A DNA stretch of 64,000 bases from Candidatus Moraniibacteriota bacterium (lineage in GTDB: Bacteria; Patescibacteriota; Minisyncoccia; Moranbacterales; GWC2-37-73). The stretch covers positions 99,949-163,948 of the forward strand of contig JAAXUC010000001.1 in assembly GCA_013336225.1 (NCBI GenBank), given 5' to 3'. A program made the translations under genes and the position numbers. Below the pieces are notes generated by a model. The model was not told where the DNA came from. It worked only from the letters and a program-made list of their open reading frames with translations, and searched no databases. Below are positions 19,897-29,926 of this stretch, in pieces (position 1 is the first letter of the stretch; every line of letters begins with the position of its first letter).

Positions 19897-20454
19897 CTAT
19901 GCTCTTGAAACGTAGGCGCCTTTTTCAGTGTTGACGATGATTTTGTCTCCTTCATTTACGAAGAGGGGGGTTGTGACTTTCAATCCTGTTTCCAGGGTTA
20001 CAACTTTGTCTCCACCTGATGAAGTGTCGCCTTTGACTCCTGGTGGAGCTTCAACAACTGTCAAGGTCACTTTGATTGGAAGCTCAATGTTTACTGGGAT
20101 TTCATTGAAGTTGAGCACGCTCACTTCAGTTCCTTCCAATAAAAACAGATAAGCATTTCCAATCACATCCTTGGCCAAGGAAAATTGGTCGTAGGTATTC
20201 ATATCCATGAATACGAAACCATCTTGCTCAGCGTAGAGATATTGTGCTTTGGATTTTGACATGTCAGCTTCATCAGCTTTGTCTGATCCGTTGAAAGTTT
20301 TTTCCAACACGCTTCCGTTGAGAAGATTCTTGAGTTTTGTTCGTAGCACTGCGCCAGCTCTTCCAGTCTTGGAATGCTCAGCAGAAAGAACAACATAGGG
20401 AGAACCTTCCCAAAGAATGTTTTTTCCGGCTTTGATATCACTTATTCCTAACAT
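19897..20454 (-). CDS. efp: Elongation factor P
   Basis: 185 aa; three-domain EF-P architecture with the conserved loop region HSKTGRAGAVLRTK and C-terminal OB folds. Confidence 0.8.
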   Translation of the reverse strand: MLGISDIKAGKNILWEGSPYVVLSAEHSKTGRAGAVLRTKLKNLLNGSVLEKTFNGSDKADEADMSKSKAQYLYAEQDGFVFMDMNTYDQFSLAKDVIGNAYLFLLEGTEVSVLNFNEIPVNIELPIKVTLTVVEAPPGVKGDTSSGGDKVVTLETGLKVTTPLFVNEGDKIIVNTEKGAYVSRA

Positions 20455-20717
20455 AATTTTTTTATCGTTATTTTTATTATTGAAGAATATAAATTTTTTT
20501 TTGCGAAATTAAACTCGAGCACTATATTTTTTAACTTCACCCTTCGGGTATATGTTATCCGGACAAAATCATAGATTTTGAAGGATAACTAAAATTTTTC
20601 GTGGTCACGCGAGCCCCGCGCAAGAAACAAAAAATTTTAGAAAAAATATAGGCTCTCAAACAGTAATTTCTTAAAAAAACTATATTCTTCAATTTTGTTT
20701 AGTTGACACGAAGTGGT

Positions 20718-20924
20718 CTACTTAACAACGAAAGGTGCAAGTGCCATCACGCGAGCTCGCTTAATTGCTTGAGAAAGTGTTCGTTGATGCTTTGTGCAAA
20801 TTCCATGTCTCTTTGGTGGGTAGATTTTTCCTTGTGAGTTCATAAATCTGCGAATAAGATAAGCATCTTTGTAGTCGATCTTATCCATTTTTTCATCACA
20901 GAAATAACATTGTTTTCGTTCCAT
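20718..20924 (-). CDS. rpsR: 30S ribosomal protein S18
   Basis: CYFCDEK...IDYKD...LIRRFMNSQGKIYPPKRHGICTKHQRTLSQAIKRARVMALAP matches S18. Confidence 0.9.
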   Translation of the reverse strand: MERKQCYFCDEKMDKIDYKDAYLIRRFMNSQGKIYPPKRHGICTKHQRTLSQAIKRARVMALAPFVVK

Positions 20925-20962
20925 ATTGAATATAAATTGGTTATTATTTACGGTTGCGTTAA

Positions 20963-21463
20963 TTAGAATGGCACATCCTCAAGGCGAACTTCGTCTTGTT
21001 CTTCATCGAGGTTGATGGTTGGAATTTCTTCCATTGGTGCTTGTTGTTGTGGCATTGGTCGGGAAGCAGGAGCTGCGCCCATGGCCATCGGTGCTGGACG
21101 GTTGAAATTGCTGTTTGAATTTGAAGAAGCACCTTGTGCGCGTGAACCCATTTGCATGTTTTCAGCCACGATGTCGGTGGTTTTTCTTTCAACACCATCT
21201 TTGCCAGTGTATGAACGTGTTTCAAGTCTTCCTTCAAAATATGCTTCTTGTCCTTTGGTCAAATATTGTCCAGCAATTTCTGCAAGACGTCCCCAGATCA
21301 CAATGTTGTGAAATTCAGATTTTTCTTGCTTTTGACCAGCTTTGTCATTCCAAGTTCTATTGGTTGCGATTCCAATGGTTGCCACAGTTTGTCCTGATGG
21401 AGTTGTGCGGATTTCAGGATCGCGAGTCAGTCTTCCAATGAGTTGAACTTTGTTAAGATTCAT
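20963..21463 (-). CDS. ssb: Single-stranded DNA-binding protein
   Basis: OB-fold N-terminus (MNLNKVQLIGRLTRDPEIR...), Gly/Pro/Gln-rich linker, acidic C-terminal tip EDVPF. Confidence 0.9.
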   Translation of the reverse strand: MNLNKVQLIGRLTRDPEIRTTPSGQTVATIGIATNRTWNDKAGQKQEKSEFHNIVIWGRLAEIAGQYLTKGQEAYFEGRLETRSYTGKDGVERKTTDIVAENMQMGSRAQGASSNSNSNFNRPAPMAMGAAPASRPMPQQQAPMEEIPTINLDEEQDEVRLEDVPF

Positions 21464-21533
21464 ATTTTTGTTTTGATGCTAAGCCGCGCTACAAGGGCAC
21501 TAGTTTAGCATCGTGAAAATAAATTAAGAAACT

Positions 21534-22094
21534 TTAGATGTTCAAGAGTTCATCAAGTTGCTTGTCGATATTTTTGGATTCTTCTTTGGTTGTTTCAACT
21601 TTTTTAACCACTGGAGCTGCTGCTGCAGGAGCAGTTGGTCGTTGGGTTGGTCGTTGCATCGGACGTGAATTATTGTCGCGTCTTTCAGTTCTTTGTTGTG
21701 GTCGTGGTGCTGGGCGTCCATTGTTGTTGGCTGTTTCCTTGGCTTTTCTTCGATCTTTTGCTCCAAGGTCTGGAAGATCTGGAGTTTTCACAATCATGAA
21801 ACGAAGAACATCATTGTTCAAGTTCAATTTGTTTGTGATAGCTGCGATTCCAAATTCTTTTTCTCCGTTTGCTTCGTCAGCCCAAAAATCAATTTCAGGA
21901 AGTTCAAAACGACGGGTGATGTAGGTTCCTTTGTTTTGGTGCTTGATTTCATAAGCGAGTTTTCTTTTTTCGCTCAATTCTTCTCCAACCATGGTTGCTT
22001 GCTCAAGAGCAAGGATTGCGTTTACTCCTTCTTTAATAGCAGGGAGAGTTGCTTCTTGTCGTTCTCCAACAAGGTAAAACAGTTCGTATTGCAT
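21534..22094 (-). CDS. rpsF: 30S ribosomal protein S6 with extended basic C-terminal tail
   Basis: MQYELFYLVGERQEA...KLAYEIKHQNKGTYI matches S6; operon order rpsF-ssb-rpsR with no rplI downstream. Confidence 0.8.
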   Translation of the reverse strand: MQYELFYLVGERQEATLPAIKEGVNAILALEQATMVGEELSEKRKLAYEIKHQNKGTYITRRFELPEIDFWADEANGEKEFGIAAITNKLNLNNDVLRFMIVKTPDLPDLGAKDRRKAKETANNNGRPAPRPQQRTERRDNNSRPMQRPTQRPTAPAAAAPVVKKVETTKEESKNIDKQLDELLNI

Positions 22095-22108
22095 ACTGTA
22101 ATGTGATG

Positions 22109-22147
22109 CGAATCAACGAATGAAACGCGAATCCACGAATTGCGAAT
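22109..22147 (-). repeat. Five ATTCG pentamers (minus-strand sense) at about 8-nt spacing immediately upstream of the rpsF start
   Basis: Plus strand gCGAATcaaCGAATgaaacgCGAATccaCGAATtgCGAAT at 22109-22147; rpsF ATG is at 22094. Confidence 0.45.
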
Positions 22148-22354
22148 AGACCAAAATAGTACTTATTCGTGATTTGCGGATTGGCATCTATTAGCGGATC
22201 AGCATCGCTTATAAATTAAAAAATCCACCAAACAAGAAAATCCTTGCTTTTAGTGGAGCATTCCAGCCTATCCACTTTTGGCTTAGTGGCGGGCTAGATT
22301 AGGACTTTCTTAGTTGTAGACCAATTATAGCAGGTTTTGGGGATTTGGCAAGGG

Positions 22355-22382
22355 TTGACATCACCAGAAGAAGTGTTAATAT
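22355..22382 (+). promoter_or_regulatory. Sigma70-like promoter for the 22481 gene
   Basis: TTGACA - 16 nt - TAATAT; an AAGGAG Shine-Dalgarno lies 8 nt before the ATG at 22481. Confidence 0.5.
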
Positions 22383-22480
22383 TTATTGTCATTGTTCTTA
22401 TAAAATTTAATGTTTTTATTGGCAGGCGTGATGTCTGCTATCAACAAATGGCGTGAAGCCATTAAAAAGGAGATAATACC

Positions 22481-23110
22481 ATGAAAACACAGGCAGATTT
22501 GAGAAGTGATTTTGTTATGCCAAGAGCAAAAATCAATGGTTTTTTCGATGAATTCCCGTGGTTGCAAAATTTTTATCGTCAATATCAATCAGATCAACAT
22601 AAATTTAATGGGCTTATTGATCAGATTTATGTGTCTGGTGTGGAGCCAGCATTGCTTGAGCAAAGACCTGAATTGCTTGGCTATGACGAGGACGATGATT
22701 ATCTTTGTTGCGAAAAAATTTGGTTACTGGATAAGTTTGGAAGCGTTGTAGCTTTTAAAACTTGGGATCTGGTGTGTGAAAAAAGATTTATCTGGTTTGG
22801 CAAGAAATTTTATCGAAATGTTGATGTTTTGCAAGAGGGTTTGGTTGAGCCAAATGAGTGCGTCAATGATGCTCTTCATAGGCTGCGCGATAGTGCAAAT
22901 GAAGTCTATTTTATTTTGTCATATTTCGATGTAAATAAAGCAGTTATTATTTATAGGCCGCCAAAAGAAATGTCAATAATGAAAGTAATTAAGTATAAGC
23001 GCAAATTGAACCTTGAAAATGCTCGCTTGGAAATTCGAGCTGAGTGCAATGCTATAGATGCTGAATTTATTTCTTCAATGGGTTTTCCTGAGGATTTATT
23101 GACCTATTGA
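22481..23110 (+). CDS. Hypothetical protein (209 aa), no recognisable domain, immediately upstream of uvrB
   Basis: Intact ORF with own promoter, SD and a strong terminator (GGCGGAG...CTCCGCC + T-run at 23131-23180). Confidence 0.5.
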   Translation: MKTQADLRSDFVMPRAKINGFFDEFPWLQNFYRQYQSDQHKFNGLIDQIYVSGVEPALLEQRPELLGYDEDDDYLCCEKIWLLDKFGSVVAFKTWDLVCEKRFIWFGKKFYRNVDVLQEGLVEPNECVNDALHRLRDSANEVYFILSYFDVNKAVIIYRPPKEMSIMKVIKYKRKLNLENARLEIRAECNAIDAEFISSMGFPEDLLTY

Positions 23111-23130
23111 TTTTGGTCGTACTATTTTTT

Positions 23131-23180
23131 GGCGGAGATTTTCTGATAATATCAGATGCTCCGCCTTTTTATTTTTTCTA
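23131..23180 (+). terminator. Terminator with nested palindrome CTGATAATATCAG
   Basis: GGCGGAG-attttCTGATAatATCAGatg-CTCCGCC followed by TTTTTATTTTTT. Confidence 0.6.
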
Positions 23181-23215
23181 GACATTTTTATAATAAAATT
23201 GTAGTATTAATCATT

Positions 23216-25174
23216 ATGAAATTTGAAATCAATTCAAAATATAAACCAGCGGGTGATCAACCTCAAGCAATTGAGGCGCTTATCTATGGGTTGGAACATC
23301 GGGAGAAATTTCAAACTTTGCTGGGTGTGACCGGATCGGGAAAAACTTTCACCATGGCCAATGTGATTGAGCACGTGCAAAAGCCAACTTTGGTGATTGC
23401 GCCAAACAAAACTTTGGCGGCGCAGTTGGTACAAGAGTTTCGAACTTTTTTTCCGAAAAATTCGGTGGAATATTTTGTTTCATATTATGACTATTATCAG
23501 CCAGAAGCTTACATTTCTTCGTCTGATACATATATTGAAAAGGAAGTGCAGATCAATGAGGAGATTGATCGATTGCGTCATGCGGCCACCAGTGGACTGC
23601 TGTCGCGGCGCGATGTGATCATTGTAGCTTCAGTTTCTTGCATCTATGGTTTGGGTTCTCCGGATTATTATCGCGAAGGAACTGCTGAGGTGATTGTGGG
23701 TGAAAAGAAGAATCGCGAAGAGTTGATGAAAGGCATGGTGGACATGCAATATCAGCGCAGCGATGTTTTGGCCCGCGGAAAATTTCGAGTGACGGGCGAC
23801 ACGATTGAGGTGATGACACCGAGCAGGGAAATTGTAACGCGCATTGAACTTGAATATGGAATCGTAAAAAGAATTTATGAATACGATTTTCTGACTGGCG
23901 AAAAATTGGGCGAGCTGGAAAAGACACTCATTTTTCCAGCCAAGCATTTCGTGGTGCCGGAGGAGATCATGCAGGGAGCTTTGAGTGAAATTGAAAAAGA
24001 GGCAGCAGAGCGAGTGAAATATTTCAGGGATAATAATAAGTTGTTGGAGGCGGAAAGAATCGAAAGACGCACTAGGCAAGATTTGGAGATGATGCGCGAA
24101 GTGGGATATTGCAATGGAATTGAAAATTATTCTCGCTATTTGACTGAGCGCGAAGCTGGCGAGCCACCGTACACTTTGGTGGATTATTTCCCGAAAGATT
24201 TCTTGATGATCATCGATGAATCGCATGTGACGATTCCGCAATTGAATGCGATGTATGCCGGAGACCGTTCGCGCAAGAATGCGCTGATTGATAATGGTTT
24301 TCGTTTGCCGAGCGCCTATGACAACAGACCACTGCGATTCCCTGAATTTGAAGAGCGAATCAATCAATTGATTTTCACCACCGCCACCCCGGCTGCCTAT
24401 GAAAAAGAACATTCAAGCTCGGTGGCGCAGCAGATCATTAGGCCAACTGGCTTGCTTGATCCTGAAATTATTATCAAATCCGCCAAGGGCCAAGTGAAAG
24501 ATGTGCTCAGCGAAATTGAAAAAGTTGTGGCCAAAAAAGAGCGAGTGCTGATCACTGCACTGACGAAAAAAATGGCAGAAGATTTGTCAGAATTTTTGAA
24601 AGAACATGGAATACGCTGCGAATATCTGCATTCCGATGTGGACACGCTTGATCGCGTGCTCATTTTGCAGGGACTGCGCAAAGGTGATTTTGATGTGTTG
24701 GTGGGCGTGAATCTACTCCGCGAAGGTTTGGATTTGCCGGAAGTTTCTTTGGTGACAATTTTGGATGCTGATAAAGAAGGCTTTTTGCGCAGTGAAACTT
24801 CGCTCATTCAAACAATTGGACGTGCCGCTCGAAACATCAATGGTCGCGTGATTTTGTATGCCGATAACATCACCGGTTCAATGAAAAGAGCGATTGATGA
24901 AACGAATCGCAGACGAACTCTGCAAGCTGCATATAACAAGAAGCATCATATTACGCCAAAGACGATTGAGAAAAATATTAAATCAATTGTGGATCATGAA
25001 ATTAATCCTGAAGTTCCATTGGATTTTTCCAAATTGGAATCATTGGAAGACATTGCTGGATATATTAAGCAAAAAGAAAAAGAGATGAAAAATGCGGCAC
25101 GCTCAATGGAATTTGAAAAAGCCGCCCTCATTCGCGATGAGATTTCCACGCTGCGGAAATTGCAGCTCAGGTGA
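23216..25174 (+). CDS. uvrB: Excinuclease ABC subunit B
   Basis: [13 protein letters not shown] Walker A, helicase motifs, and the C-terminal UVR domain ([20 protein letters not shown]). Start taken at ATG 23216 ([16 protein letters not shown]). Confidence 0.95.
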   Translation: MKFEINSKYKPAGDQPQAIEALIYGLEHREKFQTLLGVTGSGKTFTMANVIEHVQKPTLVIAPNKTLAAQLVQEFRTFFPKNSVEYFVSYYDYYQPEAYISSSDTYIEKEVQINEEIDRLRHAATSGLLSRRDVIIVASVSCIYGLGSPDYYREGTAEVIVGEKKNREELMKGMVDMQYQRSDVLARGKFRVTGDTIEVMTPSREIVTRIELEYGIVKRIYEYDFLTGEKLGELEKTLIFPAKHFVVPEEIMQGALSEIEKEAAERVKYFRDNNKLLEAERIERRTRQDLEMMREVGYCNGIENYSRYLTEREAGEPPYTLVDYFPKDFLMIIDESHVTIPQLNAMYAGDRSRKNALIDNGFRLPSAYDNRPLRFPEFEERINQLIFTTATPAAYEKEHSSSVAQQIIRPTGLLDPEIIIKSAKGQVKDVLSEIEKVVAKKERVLITALTKKMAEDLSEFLKEHGIRCEYLHSDVDTLDRVLILQGLRKGDFDVLVGVNLLREGLDLPEVSLVTILDADKEGFLRSETSLIQTIGRAARNINGRVILYADNITGSMKRAIDETNRRRTLQAAYNKKHHITPKTIEKNIKSIVDHEINPEVPLDFSKLESLEDIAGYIKQKEKEMKNAARSMEFEKAALIRDEISTLRKLQLR

Positions 25175-25204
25175 TGCTGTTGTTTGTGTTATCTTTTTTA
25201 TTCT

Positions 25205-25230
25205 GGATCCCGGATCAAGTCCGGGACGAC
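25205..25230. repeat. Solo copy of the CCGGA-TCAAG-TCCGG hairpin repeat (same family as the argS and ileS-upstream elements)
   Basis: GGATCCCGGATCAAGTCCGGGACGAC, nearly identical to GATTCCGGATCAAGTCCGGAATGAC at 45723-45747. Confidence 0.5.
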
Positions 25231-25442
25231 ATTGCTATGTCGATTTCTTAACGCTCATCACTTACATTTTACCTACGCACTTCGCAATGTGTTCATAAAA
25301 TCCAAAACCCCATTGTATTTTGTATATTGCATTTTGTATGTTGAAGCTAGCCTTGTGCATTTTCAAATAACCCTGTAAAATAGGGCAAGTGTCAGAAAAG
25401 ACATTCTTTTACTAACAAATTAAGTATTAATATAAATATCCT

Positions 25443-26564
25443 ATGGAAAACATGGAGAAAACAGAAGAAAAAGAAATTGTGGAAAATGAAACCGATGTGA
25501 TTGAAGAAAAAACTGAGAAAGCAAAAAGCTCAGCAATGATCGCAGTAGGCAAAGCATTGGAATGTGTCAAGGGAAAAGTTAAATGTCTGAAAGACGGTAC
25601 ATGCAAATGTGATAATAAAAAATGGATTATCTTAGTAGTTGCTATCTTGGTTATTGCTATTAGTGCAAGCTATGGATACAAAGTGTATCGACAAAAAGTT
25701 GATGTTGGATCAGAGGCTGTTAAAGCAAAAGTTGAAAAATTCTTGAGCGAAAATGTGCCACCAACTGCCAAGACTGAAATTAAAGACATCACTGAAGATG
25801 GAAGTTTGTATAAACTTACGGTCGTTGTTGATAAGCAAGAAATTCCAGTATTTGTGACACGCGATGGAAAGAAGCTTATGCAAGCGCAAACAGTGATGGA
25901 ATTGGATAAGGCTCCTGCGGATCCTGCTCAACAAGCACAAGCTCCAGAGGAACAGAAGGAAATTCCAAAAACTGATAAGCCAACAGTTGATTTGTATGTC
26001 ATGTCATTTTGCCCGTATGGAAACAAAGCAGAGGATACCTTGAAGCCAGTGTATGATCTGTTGAAAAATAAAGTTAATTTTAACTTTCATTACATTGTAA
26101 GTACTAGTGGTAGCGATATCAAGTCACTTCATGGACCTAAGGAAGTTACTGAAAATGAAAAAGAAGCTTGCGTGCTGAAAACATATGGCAAGGACAAGTG
26201 GATGGCTATTGTGACATATGTGAACACGAACTGTGGAAGTGATGGTGCTTGCTTCGAGGTTGGTGCAAAAACATTGGCAATCGATCCTGTAAAAGTTAAT
26301 AATTGTGTTACTGCGCAAGGTCTTACTTTGATGCAACAAAATGAGAAAGATTCAAATGCAGCAAACGCAACCGGTTCACCAACGATGACAATTAATGGAG
26401 TTTCAAGTAATGCTGTGTATAAATATGACAATGCTGAGGCTTATAAGCAAGCAATTTGCTCAGGATTTAAAACAGCACCGAAGGAATGTCAAACAACTCT
26501 TACTGATAAGACCGCTACTGGAGAAGCAACGCCAGCCGGTGCTTGCACAACACCTCAACAGTAA
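25443..26564 (+). CDS. Membrane-anchored protein with thioredoxin-fold (DsbA-like) C-terminal domain
   Basis: N-terminal TM helix; the central region TVDLYVMSFCPYGNKAEDTLKPVYDLL...GSPTMTINGV resembles a thioredoxin/DsbA fold with a CPYG active-site-like motif; Cys-rich tail. Confidence 0.4.
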   Translation: MENMEKTEEKEIVENETDVIEEKTEKAKSSAMIAVGKALECVKGKVKCLKDGTCKCDNKKWIILVVAILVIAISASYGYKVYRQKVDVGSEAVKAKVEKFLSENVPPTAKTEIKDITEDGSLYKLTVVVDKQEIPVFVTRDGKKLMQAQTVMELDKAPADPAQQAQAPEEQKEIPKTDKPTVDLYVMSFCPYGNKAEDTLKPVYDLLKNKVNFNFHYIVSTSGSDIKSLHGPKEVTENEKEACVLKTYGKDKWMAIVTYVNTNCGSDGACFEVGAKTLAIDPVKVNNCVTAQGLTLMQQNEKDSNAANATGSPTMTINGVSSNAVYKYDNAEAYKQAICSGFKTAPKECQTTLTDKTATGEATPAGACTTPQQ

Positions 26565-26584
26565 AAATAGATTTTAAATATTTA

Positions 26585-26615
26585 AAAGAGGGGCAATTGA
26601 GCCCCTCTTTTTTTA
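26585..26615 (+). terminator. Terminator after the thioredoxin-like gene
   Basis: AGAGGGGCAATTGAGCCCCTCTTTTTTT. Confidence 0.6.
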
Positions 26616-26685
26616 ATGATTAATAATATGAAAGTGTTTTATTTTGATCATGTTTAATATGCGGTTCTGGGAATAGAAGAAAACC

Positions 26686-26800
26686 GTTTTTGTTTCACCT
26701 GTTTTCTCTCGAGAGCACATTCGCAGCCGAAATTCATGGATGCTCACTCGGACCCCACTGTCGTTCGCTACGGCTTCAAGAGAAAACAGGCTCACAAAAA
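26686..26800 (+). repeat. About 115-nt palindromic element, copy 1 of 4 (conserved core GAGAGCAC..GCAGCCGAAATyyATGGCTGC..CTCACTCGGACC..CGCTACGGCTTCAAGA inside a 24-27 bp outer stem)
   Basis: Near-identical cores at 26686-26800, 52597-52715, 54410-54527 (reverse orientation) and 59271-59388; the outer arms are inverted repeats that differ between copies but stay complementary. Confidence 0.7.
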
Positions 26801-26947
26801 CTATATGTCGAGTATGATCTTATTGGTTGATAAAAATCGGAATGTGTTATATCGTGGATGGAAAGTAATATGATAGTTTGACGTAGTAACTTAAGTACCT
26901 CAAAAGGGGAAGCTTTTTGCGTTTATGAATAAATAATTGAAATTTTT

Positions 26948-29848
26948 ATGGAAAATAATAGGATAATCATCAAAGGTGCGCGAGAGCACAATTTGAAAAA
27001 TATTGATCTAGAGTTGCCCCGAGACAAATTTATTGTCTTTACGGGTCTTTCAGGCTCTGGAAAATCAACTTTGGCGTTTGATACGATTTTTGCCGAAGGG
27101 CAAAGGAGATATTTGGAAAGTTTGTCGAGTTATGCGCGGCAGTTTTTGGGGCAAATGGACAAGCCTGATGTTGACTATATTGAAGGACTTTCACCAGCCA
27201 TTTCGATTGACCAAAAATCAACTTCGCACAATCCGCGCTCAACAGTTGGAACAGTGACGGAGGTGCATGATTATTTGCGACTGCTGTATGCGAAAATTGG
27301 AATTCCTCATTGCAGTGTTTGCAATCGTGAAATTTCCAAGCTTTCCACGGATGAAATTGTGGATAGGATTTTGGAGATGGGAGAAAAAAACAAATCGCAA
27401 GCAATTGAGATTTCTTCGCCGATTGTCAGGGAAAGAAAAGGGGAATATTTAGCACTGCTGGATGAAATGTGGAAGAAGGGATTTTCTGAGGCGCTGGTGA
27501 ATGGAAAACTTATTCGCCTGGAAGATTTTAAGGAAATAAAATTGGAGCGTTACAAAAAGCATAGTATCGATATTATTGTTGATAAAATTGAGGTTAATGA
27601 AGAAAATCTTTCTAGAATTTTTGAAGGAGTGGAGAAAGCGCTGCGACTTTCAAAGGGGATTGTGAAAGTGAAATGCGTGCAAGAAGCTAAGGGTCAAAAG
27701 CTAAAAGCTAAAAGCTCAGACTCATTTGAGGTTGAGCAGATTTTCAATCAGAATTTGTCATGTCCGATTCATGATGTGGAATTTCCTGAAATGGAGCCGC
27801 GACTTTTTTCTTTCAATTCTCCCTATGGCGCTTGCGAAGCTTGTGAAGGCTTGGGGCTTAAAAAGGAAATTGATCCTTTGCGCGTGATGCCAGACTTAAA
27901 CAAAACCATTGGCGAGGGAGGTATCATGCCATGGAGCTTCAAACCGAACAATTATCAAGGCACAGTGCTGAAAGCGGTGGCCGCATATTATAATATTCAA
28001 GACAACAAGCGCCTGCGAGATCTGTCGAAAGATAAGCTGGATATTTTGATGTATGGCACAGAGGATGAGGATTTAATCAAGGTTTCATATCATTTCAAAA
28101 GCGGTAGTGGGCATTATAATGTGCGCTGGAAAGGCGTGGTGGCATGGCTACAGGAAAGATATCGCACCACAACTTCAGATGCTGTGCGCACGGATATTGA
28201 AAAATATATGTCGCAAAAACCTTGCTCTGCTTGCAAAGGTAGTCGCTATAAGAGTGATGTGCTTTTGGTGAGCGTGGGCGAAAAGAATATCTATGAAATT
28301 TCGACGCTGAGTATTTGGCAAGGCATTGATTTTTTCAAGAATTTGAAATTGACACATCGCGAGGATTTGATTGCGGGCAGGATTTTAAAGGAAATCATTG
28401 CGCGCATGGTTTTTTTGAACAATGTTGGTTTGGATTATCTGACTTTGGGCAGAGCAGCTTATTCTCTTTCAGGCGGAGAATCGCAACGCATTCGCTTGGC
28501 TTCGCAAATCGGATCGCAATTGGTGGGCGTGCTGTATATCTTAGATGAACCATCCATTGGACTTCATGCGCGTGATAATGCCAAACTCATTGAAACCCTT
28601 AAGCATCTGCAAAAGATCGGGAACACTTTGATCGTGATCGAGCATGATGAAGAGATGATGCGCGCTGCTGATTGGTTGGTGGATATTGGACCAGGAGCAG
28701 GCAAACATGGCGGCGAAGTGGTGGCTGAAGGCTGTCCTGAGGATGTGATCAATAACCCAAAATCGCTGACTGGAAAATATTTGCGTCATGAACTGGAAAT
28801 TGAGGTTCCAAATTTTCGTAGGCAAATAAAAAGAAAAAGAAGCATCACAGTGCGTGGAGCCAGTGAACATAATCTTAAAAATGTGACAGTGGAATTTCCA
28901 CTAAAAGTTTTCACCTGCGTGACTGGAGTTTCTGGCTCTGGAAAATCAACTTTGGTTGAAGAAACTTTGTATAAAGCGTTGGCCAATAAGTTGCATCGCG
29001 CCCTGGATGTGCCAGCCAGGCATAATGAAATTATCGGCATTGAAAATATCAACAAGGTGATCATGATCGATCAATCTCCAATTGGTCGCACGCCGCGCAG
29101 CAATCCTGCAACATACACAGGATTATTCACGCACATCCGAGAACTTTTTGCGCAAACCAAAGATGCCAAAATGCGCGGCTATGGGCCAGGCAGATTTTCA
29201 TTCAATGTGGCAGGTGGGCGCTGTGACAACTGCAGTGGTGAGGGATATCTTAAAATTGAAATGCAATTCATGCCTGATGTGTATTTGCCATGCGATGTTT
29301 GCAAAAGCAAACGTTACAACAGTGAGACACTGCAAGTTAAATATAAAGGAAAAAATATTTCACAGGTATTGGCCATGACAGTTTCAGAAGGAGTTGAATT
29401 TTTTGGAGCATTTTCCAAGATTCATGAACCGCTGAAAGTCTTGGAAGAAGTTGGCCTTGGCTATATTGAGTTGGGACAAAGTGCCACCACTCTTTCTGGC
29501 GGCGAAGCGCAGCGCATCAAGCTCGCCTCTGAGCTTTCAAGGCGCGCCACTGGTGACACTTTATACATCTTGGATGAACCAACCACTGGACTTCATTTTG
29601 ATGACATTAAAAAATTGTTGGTAGTGCTTAATCGCTTGGTTGATGCTGGAAACACAGTGGTGGTGATTGAGCATAATATGGATGTGATAAAAACAGCTGA
29701 TTGGATTATTGATATGGGGCCAGAAGGTGGCGACGGTGGCGGAAAAGTTGTGGTGACTGGCCCACCAGAGGAAATCATTAAATATTATAAAGAAAGTCAC
29801 ACGGCTAAATATTTGCGACAAGTTTTGAAACCGAAAAGCCTAACTTAA
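26948..29848 (+). CDS. uvrA: Excinuclease ABC subunit A
   Basis: 966 aa; two ABC ATPase modules (GLSGSGKST twice, LSGGE signature twice) and Zn-finger Cys pairs; contains an in-frame AAGCTAAAAGCT repeat (27688-27715). Confidence 0.95.
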   Translation: MENNRIIIKGAREHNLKNIDLELPRDKFIVFTGLSGSGKSTLAFDTIFAEGQRRYLESLSSYARQFLGQMDKPDVDYIEGLSPAISIDQKSTSHNPRSTVGTVTEVHDYLRLLYAKIGIPHCSVCNREISKLSTDEIVDRILEMGEKNKSQAIEISSPIVRERKGEYLALLDEMWKKGFSEALVNGKLIRLEDFKEIKLERYKKHSIDIIVDKIEVNEENLSRIFEGVEKALRLSKGIVKVKCVQEAKGQKLKAKSSDSFEVEQIFNQNLSCPIHDVEFPEMEPRLFSFNSPYGACEACEGLGLKKEIDPLRVMPDLNKTIGEGGIMPWSFKPNNYQGTVLKAVAAYYNIQDNKRLRDLSKDKLDILMYGTEDEDLIKVSYHFKSGSGHYNVRWKGVVAWLQERYRTTTSDAVRTDIEKYMSQKPCSACKGSRYKSDVLLVSVGEKNIYEISTLSIWQGIDFFKNLKLTHREDLIAGRILKEIIARMVFLNNVGLDYLTLGRAAYSLSGGESQRIRLASQIGSQLVGVLYILDEPSIGLHARDNAKLIETLKHLQKIGNTLIVIEHDEEMMRAADWLVDIGPGAGKHGGEVVAEGCPEDVINNPKSLTGKYLRHELEIEVPNFRRQIKRKRSITVRGASEHNLKNVTVEFPLKVFTCVTGVSGSGKSTLVEETLYKALANKLHRALDVPARHNEIIGIENINKVIMIDQSPIGRTPRSNPATYTGLFTHIRELFAQTKDAKMRGYGPGRFSFNVAGGRCDNCSGEGYLKIEMQFMPDVYLPCDVCKSKRYNSETLQVKYKGKNISQVLAMTVSEGVEFFGAFSKIHEPLKVLEEVGLGYIELGQSATTLSGGEAQRIKLASELSRRATGDTLYILDEPTTGLHFDDIKKLLVVLNRLVDAGNTVVVIEHNMDVIKTADWIIDMGPEGGDGGGKVVVTGPPEEIIKYYKESHTAKYLRQVLKPKSLT

Positions 29849-29926
29849 AAGTTCCTAAAGTTCAAAAAGAAGAAAAGAAAAAAGCCAATACGTTTTTACG
29901 TATTGGCTTTTGTTGGGGCAGCTCGT

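Noticed and set aside
22376-22588. Minus-strand 70-aa ORF overlapping the promoter and start of the 22481 gene
   Set aside because: It overlaps a clear sigma70-type promoter, SD and start codon on the other strand, and has no signals of its own.
26613-26795. Minus-strand 60-aa ORF (and similar tracked ORFs at 52595-52828, 54379-54612 and 59322-59564)
   Set aside because: Each lies entirely within a copy of the about 115-nt palindromic element. The shared peptides (for example REKTGETK) are just translations of the repeat, so these are artefacts of the element rather than genes.
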